From contig OZ116711.1 in NCBI GenBank assembly GCA_964199315.1, positions 22,878,001 to 22,942,000 of the forward strand: a DNA stretch of 64,000 nt, written 5' to 3'. Source of the stretch: Orbicella franksi. Lineage: Eukaryota. The stretch's first letter is position 1; the number at the start of each line of letters is the position of its first letter. Positions 35,231 through 48,393 of this stretch are shown here, in pieces. The notes beneath the pieces are model-generated. The model did no database searches. It saw only the letters and a list, made by a program, of their open reading frames with translations, and was not told the DNA's origin. The position numbers were made by a program, and so were the translations under genes.

Positions 35231-36546
35231 ACAATAGCCTAAATGTTATATATAATTTACCTGAGATTTTGTTGAGTCTAACGTAGTAAGGGCACATCCG
35301 TTAGTTTTACTCTTTTTTTGGTCCTTCGTGAAACTAAGTAGATTGTTAGCTTCGAACACATCTCTTAAAACATCGAAATTCCAAAACTTACCTCTGTCCA
35401 CGGACCAATCGTGATTATTTCGATCAATCAATCAATCTTTTCAGACAATCAGCAGAGAATATGCGAAATATTTACTTGAGTCTGGGTCTTAGATGCCCCA
35501 TAACCTTGCGTGCTGTTTTTGGAAGGCATATAGTGTTCTGGGAACAACAGATAAGTCTGAGAAGTCTAAAGTGCCTACTGATTGGTGTGGTTTTGCGGCA
35601 TAATTAATTACGGTAATTCTCATTTTTTTCAACCACTATGGTCCTCGTGTTTAAAAGCGGATTAAATTTAAACGATGTATTCATTTATTTTTATCGTTGT
35701 AAAGCTTTTTTCGCTGCTAATTGAAGCTAAATCTTGGCATTGCCTAAAAAAAAGTAAATATACCGGGCTGACAAAAGCCGAGAGAAATATTCCGATAACT
35801 TGTAAAGCTGACCGCAAGGTTGCCGCTTATCATGATTCCTGAGCTATATCCTGCTTTAAAAAACCAGGAGGCGACGGCGGGGTTGATCTAAATTTGGGAC
35901 CTCACGGAAGGACGTTTTATGAGTCGGACCATTTACTGCATGAAATATCAACATGCCTGGAATGTTGATTGTGTCGAAGTATTCAGACATCAAATGGCAA
36001 AACTAAGAGTCATATTTAGGGAAGAACTATACCATAATCAGACTAGAATATACAAGCTAGCTCTTAAACACCGGGTTAATAACAATGAAGAGACGAAAAA
36101 AGGTAAACTCATGAGAAAAGACATCGTTCTCTGCTGGATTTAAGTCCTTTTTTGAGGGAAGGTGTTTGGCGTTTGATGTAATAGGCCTCTTTACATGGGA
36201 GAAGATTCCAATTGCAACTGCTGTCGCAGTCTAATAGTGTGGTATTTCTGACTGCCTGAAGTATACTTCGTTACAAGCAAAATCAGGTGAAAAGTTGTCA
36301 GAATTCAAGATATCCGTTAGATAACACAAACTACGCATGAAAATCAAATTTTCACAAGTGTGCAAATGTTTGTATATTATACTCCCTATGTGAGTTGAAA
36401 TAACGCCAATCTCGGGAGAATACGAACAACACTTAAATGGCCACATTTCGTCGCCCAAAGTTGAGACTCAAACGATACAGGTTTAGTGTATTAGACTAGG
36501 TCCCTTATTGGTTTGATGAAAGAAGCCGGCGTACTCAATTGGTATC

Positions 36547-36810
36547 TAAGTAACTTAAACCGTCTTGAGCCACGTGGCCCTAAACTAAAGAGTGAATTTG
36601 CCGCGGTTCTCGGAGCATGAAACAACCAGTATATCTGTAGTTTTGCTACTAATCAGTACAGTATGCATGCATGTACTCACCCGTTACCCTTAGTAATTGG
36701 TCACTTAGGTTCCACTGACAGATTGTAATTGCCGGTTAACCAGTTTATACTCCTTGGTGGAGAAAGGCAATTTAAGAGTAAGAAGTGTCTTTCAAAACAA
36801 CGCAACAATA
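36547..36810 (-). mobile_element. Degenerate SINE remnant
   Basis: Pieces such as gagccacgtggcc, agcatgaaac, ccagtttatactccttggtggagaaaggca and aagtgtctt...caacgcaaca resemble the reverse complement of a common anthozoan tRNA-SINE body (recalled, not searched). Confidence 0.4.
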
Positions 36811-39800
36811 CTATTTGACTTACTTGATCAGTGTCTGAATTGGAACAAAAGGGCGTTTGTTATCACAGGTACAGGGGCGCCATTGCAGTCAAAACAGGTC
36901 AAGCGTTCCTACCAGTAACGAAGCGATGGAATTCGTGAATAAAAATTTGATTTCAATCCTCGCTTGGACATTTCATTTGCGAAGTGGATAGTTGAATATT
37001 CAAACTGCAACTCAAGTCAAAACTTGAATTTTCACTTGATTAACGAAATGCAGATTAATTTTTCGACACGCGACAGGCACGGACAATGTGAAACGTATCC
37101 CTAATCTGCGCGAAAAATAAAAGCTGTAGATATTTTCTTATTCGTTTTAACCAAAATGCTTGCCCTCAGTTTTTGGTTTCATCAAATGGGTTAACAAAAC
37201 AATTGCATGGTAAACTGAATGACAAGAAAATAACCGTACGTATGCGGCATTTGGCGTCGACAATTGAGCCAGAATTCTCCAATGAAATTTTGGGTGGTCT
37301 GCTCGCGTGTCTGTTAGGTAAAGCTAGGTATTAATCCAGTTAACAAGCATTTCAGTATTGAATTTTATTGCTGTTTTAATGATGGAGAAAGAAAAAAAAT
37401 CAAATTTTCATTGATAAATTTGTTATTTTGTTATCGGTGAGAAGGTGTGACCCGTTTGTCTGTAAGATAACACTTTCAAAAGCTACACCCATCAGAACAA
37501 TGGTCTGTAGTAACTGCTGGAAGGAATTTTTTAGTTCAATTCCATCCACACCCGTTTTACTGATTACAGGGTCATAGCCAGAAAAAAAAATATGACTGAG
37601 GCAATATCCATGGTTAAATTCTCTTCCCGGGTATCAAGGCTGTTTATGATGACTGTAAACAATGAAAAGGAATGAAAATTACTTAGGTAGGTGCCTCAGC
37701 CTGCCTGTTGCTAGCTATATCCCAGAATTATTGTGTGGACTCAGTGATGTGCTCCAAATGGAGACAAGAACAATGTGTTTCTCGACAACCCATCAGGTTT
37801 GAATCAACATAGTCTTCTGTTTCGTTATGTTTATTGCTTTCTTGTGTTTCCTTGTGAGGTATCTTATCTAGCCATTATTTAGACAAAGAGTTCATTCTAT
37901 TTTAAGAAGAGCTTCTTATGGACTCAAATGAGCATAATAATCTGTCTCCGTATGTGGGACTTGCATGTCAGGCAATATGCATCTTTTTGGAAAAGAAAAT
38001 AAGTTTATTTTTACCTTCCAACCCTCCAAGCTCGGATAGTTCAAGGGTTATCAGATTAAAAACTATAAATAATGTTTAAATACTATACCTTATCAGATGG
38101 AGACCTAACGTTGACACCGCAAAAAACAGGTACAAAGGCTTCTGCTCCATCTGCTTCTTCTGCTTTGATTGCTTTAGTTCCGAATACAAACTCATCTTTA
38201 GGAAAAATCTCCCATGTGGGTTTTGTCGGCCGTAGAAGAACAATTGTAGGGACAGAAACAATGACTGGAAGGCGTGCCAAATTAAAATTAGCGAAACTGT
38301 TGATTTTGCTTGCTTTAATTAGAAGATTTGCTGTTTTTAACAATGTTGTTTCATTAGTTCTGGTATTTTCTTTCTGGGTTATATTTCGTACCTGCTTTAT
38401 TTTGCCGTTTATAACAATTTCAGATAGCTTGTGAAAGTCTAGCTTCGCCATTCCTTCCCCCCACCGACCTTAATTTTGTCATTAAAAAGAGCACAGAATC
38501 GTGAGACTTTGCCAGCACGAAATATTCCAGCCTGTTCTGGAGGACTTTAAGGATTGCCCAAATCAGTTCCTACACCTTCCGTAGTCAAAGCAGCCTGTTT
38601 ACTTTACAAGGAAACTGACGCAGCTCTCATAAAATTGCTTCACGCACAAAAGCAACAATTCATTGTGGTAAACACGCTATCCTCACGTGCTAAGAAAACG
38701 TGATGAGTTTGTTTTTAAAGGTAAAAAGGCAGTTTAAAACGACAGCTTGGCGTGGGTTTTCTCAAGTAAAAATTGTGTTCGCTACTGTCCCTTTGTATGT
38801 ATAAATTCAGCATTTTACTGACAGTGTGATAAGATACGTTTGTTACCATATGTTCTTATAAGCAGGAAATTCCCTTGCCACCTAACTAGCCGCCAATGTT
38901 GACTTAACTGGCGACTATCACGCTATTTCGGGCGTGGTTTGTCTGAAAATATAGGTTTTCTGAAGCAGAAAAATTCTCAAGACATCATAATAAAACCAAA
39001 ATGACCAACAGTTGTAAGATTTGGAAAATTACGACTCGTGAACCAAACATTTTACGCCTAGAGATATAACTGCCCTCCTTTCCTTTCCTTTCCTTTCCTT
39101 TCTTTTTTTCTTTTAGATCTGTGAAATACTTATCTTATTGTTTAAAACTTATTCTTATAATAGTAATCTCTTGAAGTCAATTTATCAATTCATGTTTACC
39201 CTCAAGATTATAACTAAAGCTTGATGGATGAAAAAACATTTTCCCTCATAATACCTGATTCAATATCTTCGGCATTACGAGGCAATTTGCAATGTCTTCT
39301 AAAACTCGCTGTAGACAATCTCCATAAATACAGATGAGTTTATTTTATTGCGAAAAATGGGTGGTTTTAAAAAAAATAACAGCACTGCATGGACTCTAAA
39401 GTTTAGATAAAGAAAAAATAATCTAAAACTTATTTATTTCATTTCCCTTCCTTAAATTATCGGTGATTGCGACATATGAATTTCAGACTACGTTTATTTT
39501 CTTTGGAGCCATTTCTAAGATAATTAACACGGCTTTACTTAAGGCGAGGTTTGACGCAAATTAAACCAACATATTTTACACACACAAAAAAAAACTTTTC
39601 TCGCCGTTTAAAATGAGCAAAGTTCTTACCAGCAACTTAGATTTATGGTATTGTGAACGCAAATAGTGCTGAGTAATGAAACTTTAGTTCCATGACAGGG
39701 GTGCAGAAACGAAGTTGAACCGGTTGACACTAATTAGCGACAAAATGCTAAAAAGAAATTAGACTTCTCCAAAGGACAGCTTAGAAAATGATCCATAGTT

Positions 39801-42800
39801 AGATCAAAGAGATTATCAAACATGGTTCCAGTGGATGAGAAATCAGCATAGATGGATAAATGTTTCCGAAATCCTCTGAAGATTGAATCATTGTGAATAA
39901 TCTGTTAAAAGAATCACTTCCCAGCAACAAAAAATAATGTCTACTTTAATTCTGAGAAGTTTTTGTCTTGAAGGATGAAATGTGTCTGCGGTAGCTTCAC
40001 GATACTGAGGTTTTACAGTTGAAAAACTTCGAGCACAGTTTCTTTATCACACGGTTAATGAACATGGAAAGTTTGTCTCTGAGTAACTGAGCCAGAAGAA
40101 GTACAAATTTTCTTTACTTACCTGTAATTGGCATTAAAACTTTCGTCCTCGACGCATAAGTAGTTGTCTGATTTCTTTGAACATTTTTTTGGTCTTCAAA
40201 CTATCTGTTCATGTTGTGTTTAGTGTGGAGACAAAGACAGGTCAGCCAAGAATTAACAGTACATTACCATAGCGATTTCTACCAAACACAATGAGCTGCT
40301 TTCCGTTCCTTATTTCTTATTTCATCAGCGCAAATTCTAGAATCTGTACAGTCCATAATCAACTCCATTGGTTAGTAGCAATCCCATAGCTACCCGTAAT
40401 CAAACACTTAGAGTTTGTTTTGTTTACAAATTTCTTGTATATTCTAAAACGTAAGTCGTTAAAAAGCTCACCAGACACACAAAAATGCAGTTAATAGGAC
40501 CCCTGTTACCAAAACACCATTCGAAACAATGAATAAGGTTTTATTTGTGATCATTGTAGAATCTAACCTTGGTTTCGTACTACTATAAGGAATCAAGAAA
40601 CTGTACTTATTGCAGAGGAAGGGCTTACAACACAATATTGTTCTCACTCTAAATCTTAAAGTCTGATCAGTTGGCTATATTTCAGAGTTGCCATGAGGTC
40701 ATAAAAAAATGAGTATAGAAGATTGTTGTTTCTTCACACTAGATTGGCAATTGCAGATCAAACGTTCGTCAAAAGAATGAGGGATGTACAGTGCACGTGC
40801 AATCAACTACTTTCCAACACTTTACACGTACAATATGACATTAAAGCGCATACATTAAGCTGAAGAATGCACGGGAACGTCAAGGAAAGGAATAAAACTG
40901 ATGTTCATGTTTTCATCTCGAAGGTAGTCGAAGGGTTAAAACTAATGTCAACTTCGTGCAGGTTAAGTTCCAAACCGGTAACGAAATAATTCCTAATGTT
41001 CTCCTAAAACGTTATGAAAGAAACGATGGGTGGTTTCCAAAATACACCACACCAATGGAAAGGTACAGTACATTTGTATCCTCCTTTTTCTGTCGTTGTA
41101 TTAGCGATACAAGGCCAAGTCTTCTTTTCGATTTGCTCGGAATCAAGTTTGCTTGGGCAAACACTTACTTTGAGTGGTTTGTGATTTTAAAACAGCTTTA
41201 CAAACAGAAATTGATTTCTGCCATGTGTGTTAAGGTAACTGCAGATTCCTGGTCCAAATCCTTTTGTGAAATTTTATCGAAATCTTTCAACAAGCTAACA
41301 GCTGAACTATTATTGCAAGGCACTTTTAAAATGGACCCTTCGCTTGGCCGGCACCACAAAGACCAAAATTTATACAAGTTGTACTTATACTAACACTTCG
41401 GTAAAACGGACTATGATCTCTGTGATTTCGCTCCCAAGGCCTGTATGCTTCGGAGTTGGACTTCAAATGTAACAATGATATAAATGATAAAATGAAATTG
41501 TTACCTGTTCCTTTCTTCCTTCGACTGCTAATTGCGTGAGAATAATTCGAAACAGGAAAAACCAGCTTGAGTTGCCTGAAAGACGAAACGGATTTCCTTC
41601 GCAGCCAAAATGTTTCCGAAATTGTGATTCACCAGATGTTAAACATAAACTCACAGGGCTTATCTTGAAACCTTGACTGAAGGATGGATATTTATGCTAT
41701 TTCGTGAGGACATTTGAGAACGCTCGTCGGGTACCGAGAATGAGCTTAGACGACTTCGTCATCAATCATGTTCCAATGCTATGTCAAAAATTCGTGATTT
41801 TATAATTAGAATACACTCTGGCTTCTCTCTGCAAAGGCAGACTTGTTTCGCTTTTCCAAAATAAAAACCAAAACATTTTCCAAACGTTTCCTACGTAACC
41901 ATTTTAATTATCTGTTGGCCGTCAGGGCGGAATTTCTATCTCATCCTACTAATTAATAAAAATACCTTTCAACAACCCGCGACAGTAGTGGCGGCCCGGT
42001 GATTAGATCTCAAGAAGACAAATTTCCAGAATCCCATTTTAAAAAACAAACATATCTTCTGCTTTTCAATTGTAGTAGATAGTATGTCTTAGTCAACAGA
42101 GCAATTCGACATTATGAAAGCTTTACAGAAAATAATGCTAAAATAAAGTATGGATTTAGAGAGAATATCATAGTGAAAGGGTAAGTTCTACTCATTGTCC
42201 TTACACCTCAATTTCCTAAGAAAAGAGAAAAGAAATATTATGAAAAAAAACTCCAAATAATAAAGGAAAACGGAATGTGTTTGACTCTTGGGTGGGCTGC
42301 CAGATGATTTCTATAAAACTTCCTTTGAATACACGATTAACAAATATGACTGACACAATTAGTCAATTAATGTGAAATGACCTCACCAATCATTCCTTGC
42401 TGGAAGCGAGTTAAGACAAACCCGACACGCAACACATGTTGTGCAAATCGATAATTAGATCATGCAGTATCACTAGGACTTTACAATTCTTTGAGCACTG
42501 CGAATCTTGTTTCCTTTCTACCTTGGGAGACTTACAGAACAAGCCGCGCAAAGGAACAATTCCGGACTTCTTTCTGTTTTTTTCCTTTTTTTTTTTTTTT
42601 TTTTTTTTTTACAAAAATCCGACTTCCGCTACTGTAGCCTGCATAGGTGTGGCATGTGAAGAACGATCTTCCTGCTGGAACTAGTTGCTGTTGTTGTTGT
42701 TCTCGTATGTTCGGTTTTGTATTTTGAAGAAGAAACATGCACAATACATTATTTAAATACTCTTCATTGAGATAAATAGCCCTGAAGCAAACCGATCTGA

Positions 42801-45614
42801 TAACTTTTTCAGTGCCCTTCTTCTTAAATTCCCACTTCTAGCCCCTAGTACACATAATAACTGAGGAATGGCCGTGTTCATTCTCTTTTCACGTGAGGCG
42901 GCGTTTTGAAACATGTTAAGACGGGAGATGTACACGAGTTCTTGCTTTGGTATGTCTCGGATACAATAGAGAAAGTCTACTATGTTATCTAATGGCAATA
43001 TTGGCCCATTTCAGGTGCGATGGTGGGGGGAGGGGGGGAGTGTTAACTGTGTTTGTCCATTTTTCATCCAGAACTGAATAACTCGTTGACAAACAGCAGT
43101 GTTTCGTCTGTGAAGCCAGGTGCGAGTTTTTCTTAACCACAAAATTACCTTTAAATTCTAAACTTTAAGTTTTCAGCGTGGCAGAAAACAACAAAGAAGT
43201 AACTACTAATGTAAATAACAAGTACCCGGCCTTACGACCGAACTAGGAAGATTAATTAGCAAAGACTAATGCTATAAACTATACTGTGTACATCGAGCGA
43301 TATTTTTTCAAGTTGTACCGCCTCGCGACGGAGTTCCCTTTAGTATCTGAAAATTTGCCTTCCCTATTTGTCCTGGAAGGAGAACCGTTTTCAAAATCGA
43401 TTCACTATCATATTTTTGTATATCAAGGTTTCCTGCACACTTTGACCTTACGAGAGACAAAAATATTTGGTTCTGTTTTCGTAAATATTTTAGAAATCGA
43501 TCGCGAACCACACAATCTGCATGTTGCCTTTCGATGCCTTTGTCTTGTTGGCAATATTGTTTTGCAATTTTGTTGGAAAAATACTAAAGCTTTAGTTCAC
43601 ATTTTCTCGTTCAAGTGAATATGAACATGGAACGGCGAAATGTTTGGGGAACGCTGACAAACCGGAGCCTATCTGGGGAAGGGTGAGGAGGGGATTGGCT
43701 AGTCGCTTTTCCTGCTAACTGAATGTGCGTGCAGACGTAGCGTGTTAAACATCTGCAATATGCGCTACCTATACTGGGGAAATTAGAGAGCGAAACGTAG
43801 TCCATAAGGTGTCTATTAAGGTTAGGTCTGAGAAACGGAGGGAAAATCGCATCATTTTGAATAAACGAGTCAAGGAAGGTTTCGGTGAGGGGTGTCACAC
43901 CCATGGCCAAAATTCCAAGAAGCAATAGTTTAAAGACAGCTTTGTCCGATTAGCACAATACTGGGACGGGGGCCAAGGTTATATTTTTCAAAGACAAACC
44001 TTGTCTTTTTATGTCTGTAGCTGATAAAAAAATCCGATAAGAACTTCCTTTTCGTCAGGGTCGTAGGGTGCATTGTCTTTTCAAACTGTGGTTTTCCTGT
44101 CATCTACTTAGCACCGTCAAGCACTACAAACAGCCTGTGAAAAGGAAGCCAAACCAACCACAACCCTTGCATCCTTGCCAAAAATCGCATAGTGCGACCA
44201 GACAATATCAAACAAATAGCTACTGGCTAGACCGAAGCTTAACAGGATTAAAGAAAATTTCCGTGTTCCAATCCTTACCGTATAGCATCTCTTATTTACT
44301 TCGCATGAGATCCCCTCCCTCGGTTCCGACGATATATTTTTTTCTATATTCTGTCATCAGCTATTTATGTTACCCTTTGTAGTCAAGCAATTTTTAATTT
44401 TGTGGATGAGACCCTAAGAGATGGCCATTAAAATTAACGTTATTGAACAGTACTTTCAAGTCGTATTGTATGTGATGCTGTACAAGTTATACCGACGTTT
44501 CTAACTTGTGTGTGACCTGTCAAATGTGTTTGCCAGCTATTGAACTTTGACACTCTTTAGCAGCGAAAGACTTTACTCAGACGGTAAAGACTACCGATTT
44601 AACAAACGATTTAAGGCTACCGTACGTGTTAATTTGATTAGCAAGGAGTCAAATGCGGCGATTTTTTGAGCTTAAATTCACCTAAAAAAAAAAAAAAACG
44701 ACTTCGTCGGTGGCTTAAGAAACGGGCACGCGAGGATTACAACACTTAGTATAGCAGTAGAATGGACTCAAGGAATCACATTAGCTTGTCTTTTAGCAGC
44801 TACTTCTCATCCCCTATGTTAACCCGTTGCTAATCAACTTCGTCCGCAGTCGCATTTTCAGGGCTAAACTGATCCTCCCCAGCCTTCTTTTCATGCAGTC
44901 GCTAATTCCCACGTCACGTGATAATCCTTGAGAGGGCATAGGATCGCATTCGGCCGGCTCGACTGAAATTTGAATTAACCAGTCGGGATTCTGCTGACGG
45001 GAAAAACCCTACTGTCCTTACGTCAAATGCACGTTAATTGAAGTTGGGCATATTTCCTCACTGGAGACGGCATTAAATATTCACAAAAAAGGATTTTTTG
45101 ACACCAAAAGCCATATCAGATTGTAAAGAGTGAAAAATTTGAAACACTTTGAGTCTCCAACTTTTAATTTAGCGCCAAAATTGGGTCGCCCGCTCTCGGC
45201 AACTCGCTCTTCGATCGCTGTCGCCAGGTAGGATAATAGTTGTGTCATTCTGGACAATTTGAACAAAACATGCTGTTCCTCGTCAAATTAAACCAAGAAT
45301 TCTCAGGTTGATTACTAGAAGTAGCCAAAAGCAACCTAGAATTGTCTTTATTTTTTGTTAGCTGCATGTGAAGAAAAACACTATTATCGTGTCGTTTCGG
45401 TAGGACAGCTAAGTTTTGACTGCCGCTTGTAATGCGGGCGCAGCCACCGTATGCAAGGCGGTATTGTACCGGAACTAGCGTGCAATGGAGGCTCAAGCCA
45501 GGGAATATCATTACAAAGAGACGAATTATAATGCATTTGAAAAGATTCCTCGGCATTGGCCTCAGTATCAAGCTAGTCCCAGTCCAATACTTAGGATACG
45601 TGCGAAGCGAAGCT

Positions 45615-45824
45615 AATGCGTTTCGTGTGGACAGAAAACAATTTGAAAACGAGCTTTTTAAAAACAATGACCTCACGATAATCATGTGATTTCCAAATCC
45701 AAAATGACCATTGATTGTTGCGTTTTCAAATTCCTCCGGGGTGGTATGGACGGAAAACATTTGACGCGTTTTCAGAGTGAAACCTCCGTTTTCAAATTCC
45801 TCTGGCGTAGTCTGGGCGAGACCT
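45615..45824. mobile_element. Partial Harbinger-like MITE (second copy about 51376-51585)
   Basis: Repeated gttttcaaattcctc(c/t)gg...gtgtggacg motifs typical of a GGCCCCGTCCACACTACG-ended MITE family. Only one end is recognisable. Confidence 0.5.
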
Positions 45825-46139
45825 CAAATCTCCGAATTTATTTCATGATATCTTTTGTGAACAATTATATACCCATCTTCATCAATTTGTTACAAATGTA
45901 AATTACGTTTATGAATTTACCTTGAAAACGTTTTAACTAAGTCGTCCGAAAAGCTTCTGACGCATACGTTAAATGTAGGAGACTATACTCTTCAAATGCA
46001 CCAACAAATGCACATTTGCTGCCGGCGATTGCCGGCGATAATATTTGCTAGCATCTAGTCATAAATCAAACAGGTTGTAAATTTCAAAACCAGGGACTCG
46101 GGTACTTTAGATCGTCGGGTGCTTTACTAATAGACCTAA

Positions 46140-47950
46140 GCTGTTCACTGTATCCCAAATACCTAAAGTTGCATGCTCGGATCATTACACTATCCTAGGA
46201 AAGCCGTCACAAAACCTGCACCTAAATCAGTGATAAACACGACTGATCAAGACACGTGATTTACGGGATAGTGCGTGGCGCGCGCTGCGCCGGTGAATGA
46301 CGCAAGAGGATTGGTCACCAATTCATAGTGCTTCCTCATGCGAGGAAAAATTCAAGCTGTTTATGTCAGATCTCAACACAGCTTTTGATATGTTCCTCCC
46401 TCATAGAGTGATTAGGAAACATCCAACGGACCACCCCTGGATTACAACTAAGATCAAAAATCGATCCATAGGCGTCAATCTGCATTTATTCATCAAGGAA
46501 AGAACTCAATAACTTATCGACTTTGGAGAAATAAGGTGCAACGAGGTATTAAAGCTGCTAAATATCATTACTATCACAATAAGGTAGCTAAACTGGAACA
46601 AATCAATCCGGCGAAGTGGTGGAGAGAGATAAAGAAGCTCACAGGACAAGACATTCAACTGGAAGAGCATCACCAGTTCCTTCTCAGCGACATTAAATCC
46701 CTAGCAAATAAGATCAACGACTTTTTTGGTGAGCCTCACGAATCATTCTCCCCCCCTCCACACTGCTTCAAGGAGCCCCGCTTCTAACTGTTCTGCACGA
46801 ACTTCTCGTGTCTGAGGGTGAGGTCTACAGATCTTTATCCTTCCTTCAAGTGGCCAGGGCAGTCGGACCCGACAATATTCCAAACAAGATATTAGAACAC
46901 TTTGCTCCCTAGTCAGCCCCCAATCATTCGCGATATTTATATAAAAAAAAACCCTAAAATCTTATAGCTCGTTACACGTTCTATTACATTATCGTCTACT
47001 TTGATTGGTCTTAGCAAAAAATTGAGTTATTTAGAAAGTTAAGGTTACCTCAAACCTTCGCGGGGCTATATTGGTCGATTTTTTTTTTGGTCAAGAAAAT
47101 TTATGTCCGCGAAGGACAAGTTTGCATTCTCTGAACGCTAGGGGTTCTGTTATTTCATTGGCTCGCGGCTTTCAAGTTGACACATTCCTCTGTGAAGGCG
47201 TGATATGTTTATAAATCTTTAGAAGGCGAAAACTCGCGCTCGTATTTCCAGAGAATCCCTTCTCTAGGGTATGCAGATTTGACGGTTTTCCATGAAATTT
47301 GGTCAGAACATTCACTGATAGGTATGGAACAAAAGCGTTATCGGCGAATTCCTTTATTTCAAATACTTTCCTCGTGGCGGCCTTTAACGTAACAGGCTAC
47401 GCGAATTTTTCGATAGTCGAACTTGACAGATCTATAAAAAGATAACCAATAGAAATAAAAGAAAATGCTGACACGTTTTTGGAGATTGAGGCCCTGTGAT
47501 TAACATTGCACAGTTATTTTGCATGAACGATCGCATTTGATACCCGATTAATTCGCTGGAACGTCAGTCGGTCATTTTGGAGTTGACGGCCTCTGCCGCC
47601 TTCGGAGAGCAAAATCCAAAACAAAACATAATTTTATCGAATTTTACATTTTATAACCTTTTTGTTGATATATAGTTTGTGGGGATTCTCTTGAAAACAG
47701 CGCGCGTTCGAATTTGTTTCTGGAGGACTCCCGCGAAGGTTTGAAGTAACCTTAATAACAATTTTTTTACCAAAGACTTAAGGAGTTCATAGGGATAATC
47801 TCCAGAGCTGACGCGCTCCTAACTTGGATTGCTGCATTCTTGACCAATCGACAGCAGGCCTCTAGAATTGGAGGAACTATATCTGATTGGACAACACTAA
47901 AGGGAAGAGTATCCCAGGGGAATAAACTGGGTCCCATTCTCTTTACGGTC
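46140..47950 (+). mobile_element. Fragmented non-LTR retrotransposon (CR1/L2-clade-like ORF2 remnant), interrupted and internally deleted
   Basis: Contains the endonuclease end (...VACSDHYTIL), the linker (DWSPIHSASSCEEKFKLF...PWITTKIK; KWWREIKKL) and pre-RT AVGPDNIPNKIL (about 46860-46900). After about 0.9 kb of inserted DNA, an RT fragment follows: WIAAFLTNRQQ...GRVSQGNKLGPILF (47822-47950). Frameshifts and stops are present. Confidence 0.85.
47043..47751. mobile_element. Non-autonomous Kolobok-like DNA transposon (709 bp) inserted in the LINE remnant
   Basis: TTAA TSDs at 47039-47042 and 47752-47755. The 22-bp TIR GGTTACCTCAAACCTTCGCGGG / CCCGCGAAGGTTTGAAGTAACC matches at 21/22. 5'-RR...YY-3' termini with TTAA fit Kolobok rather than piggyBac. 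Confidence 0.75.
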
Positions 47951-48135
47951 AGAATTTAACCCAGTTCATTCCCTTGGGGTACTCCTTCCTTTAGTGTGGT
48001 TTATCCCTATGAACTCGTTAAGACTTAGATTAGTTAGGTTTATTTAATATTATTTCTTGTACTGACCTAACTCGTTAATTCAGTCTAAGACTGCCAGCGA
48101 GTTTTAATAAACTACTACTAATAAATAAATTGCTA

Positions 48136-48393
48136 CAATCACGGTATCTGGCGTGTGCGCAAAAGCGCACACGCCAGATACGAAGACAACTTCACCTGCC
48201 TAACCCCGCCCCCCACCATCCATACAATGTTGAAAACTACTACCTGCAATTTCTTTCAACACTGCATTGGGTGGGGAGGGGGAACAGTAACACGTTTTTA
48301 GAAGGAAAGCAGCGCTTTTTTCAAACTTCAGTCGTAAAACACATACAATCCGTTAAATTACACAAGTGTCCCAAATACTTTTGTCCACGACTG
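48136..48393. mobile_element. Tc1/mariner-like MITE, left end rearranged by a template switch
   Basis: TA flanks (48134-35, 48394-95). Right TIR ACTTTTGTCCACGACTG. The left TIR is truncated after CAATCACGG. Confidence 0.7.

Noticed and set aside
40956-41393. 145-codon plus-strand ORF
   Set aside because: No ATG context, splice partners or recognisable domain. The antisense frame looks equally protein-like, so the strand cannot be decided.
42753-44330. Possible MFS/SLC16 transporter pseudogene on the minus strand
   Set aside because: Hydrophobic fragments (FGLASSYLFDIVWSHYAIFG; IPKQE…LKKLSDRF) only vaguely resemble MCT helices and are broken by many stops.
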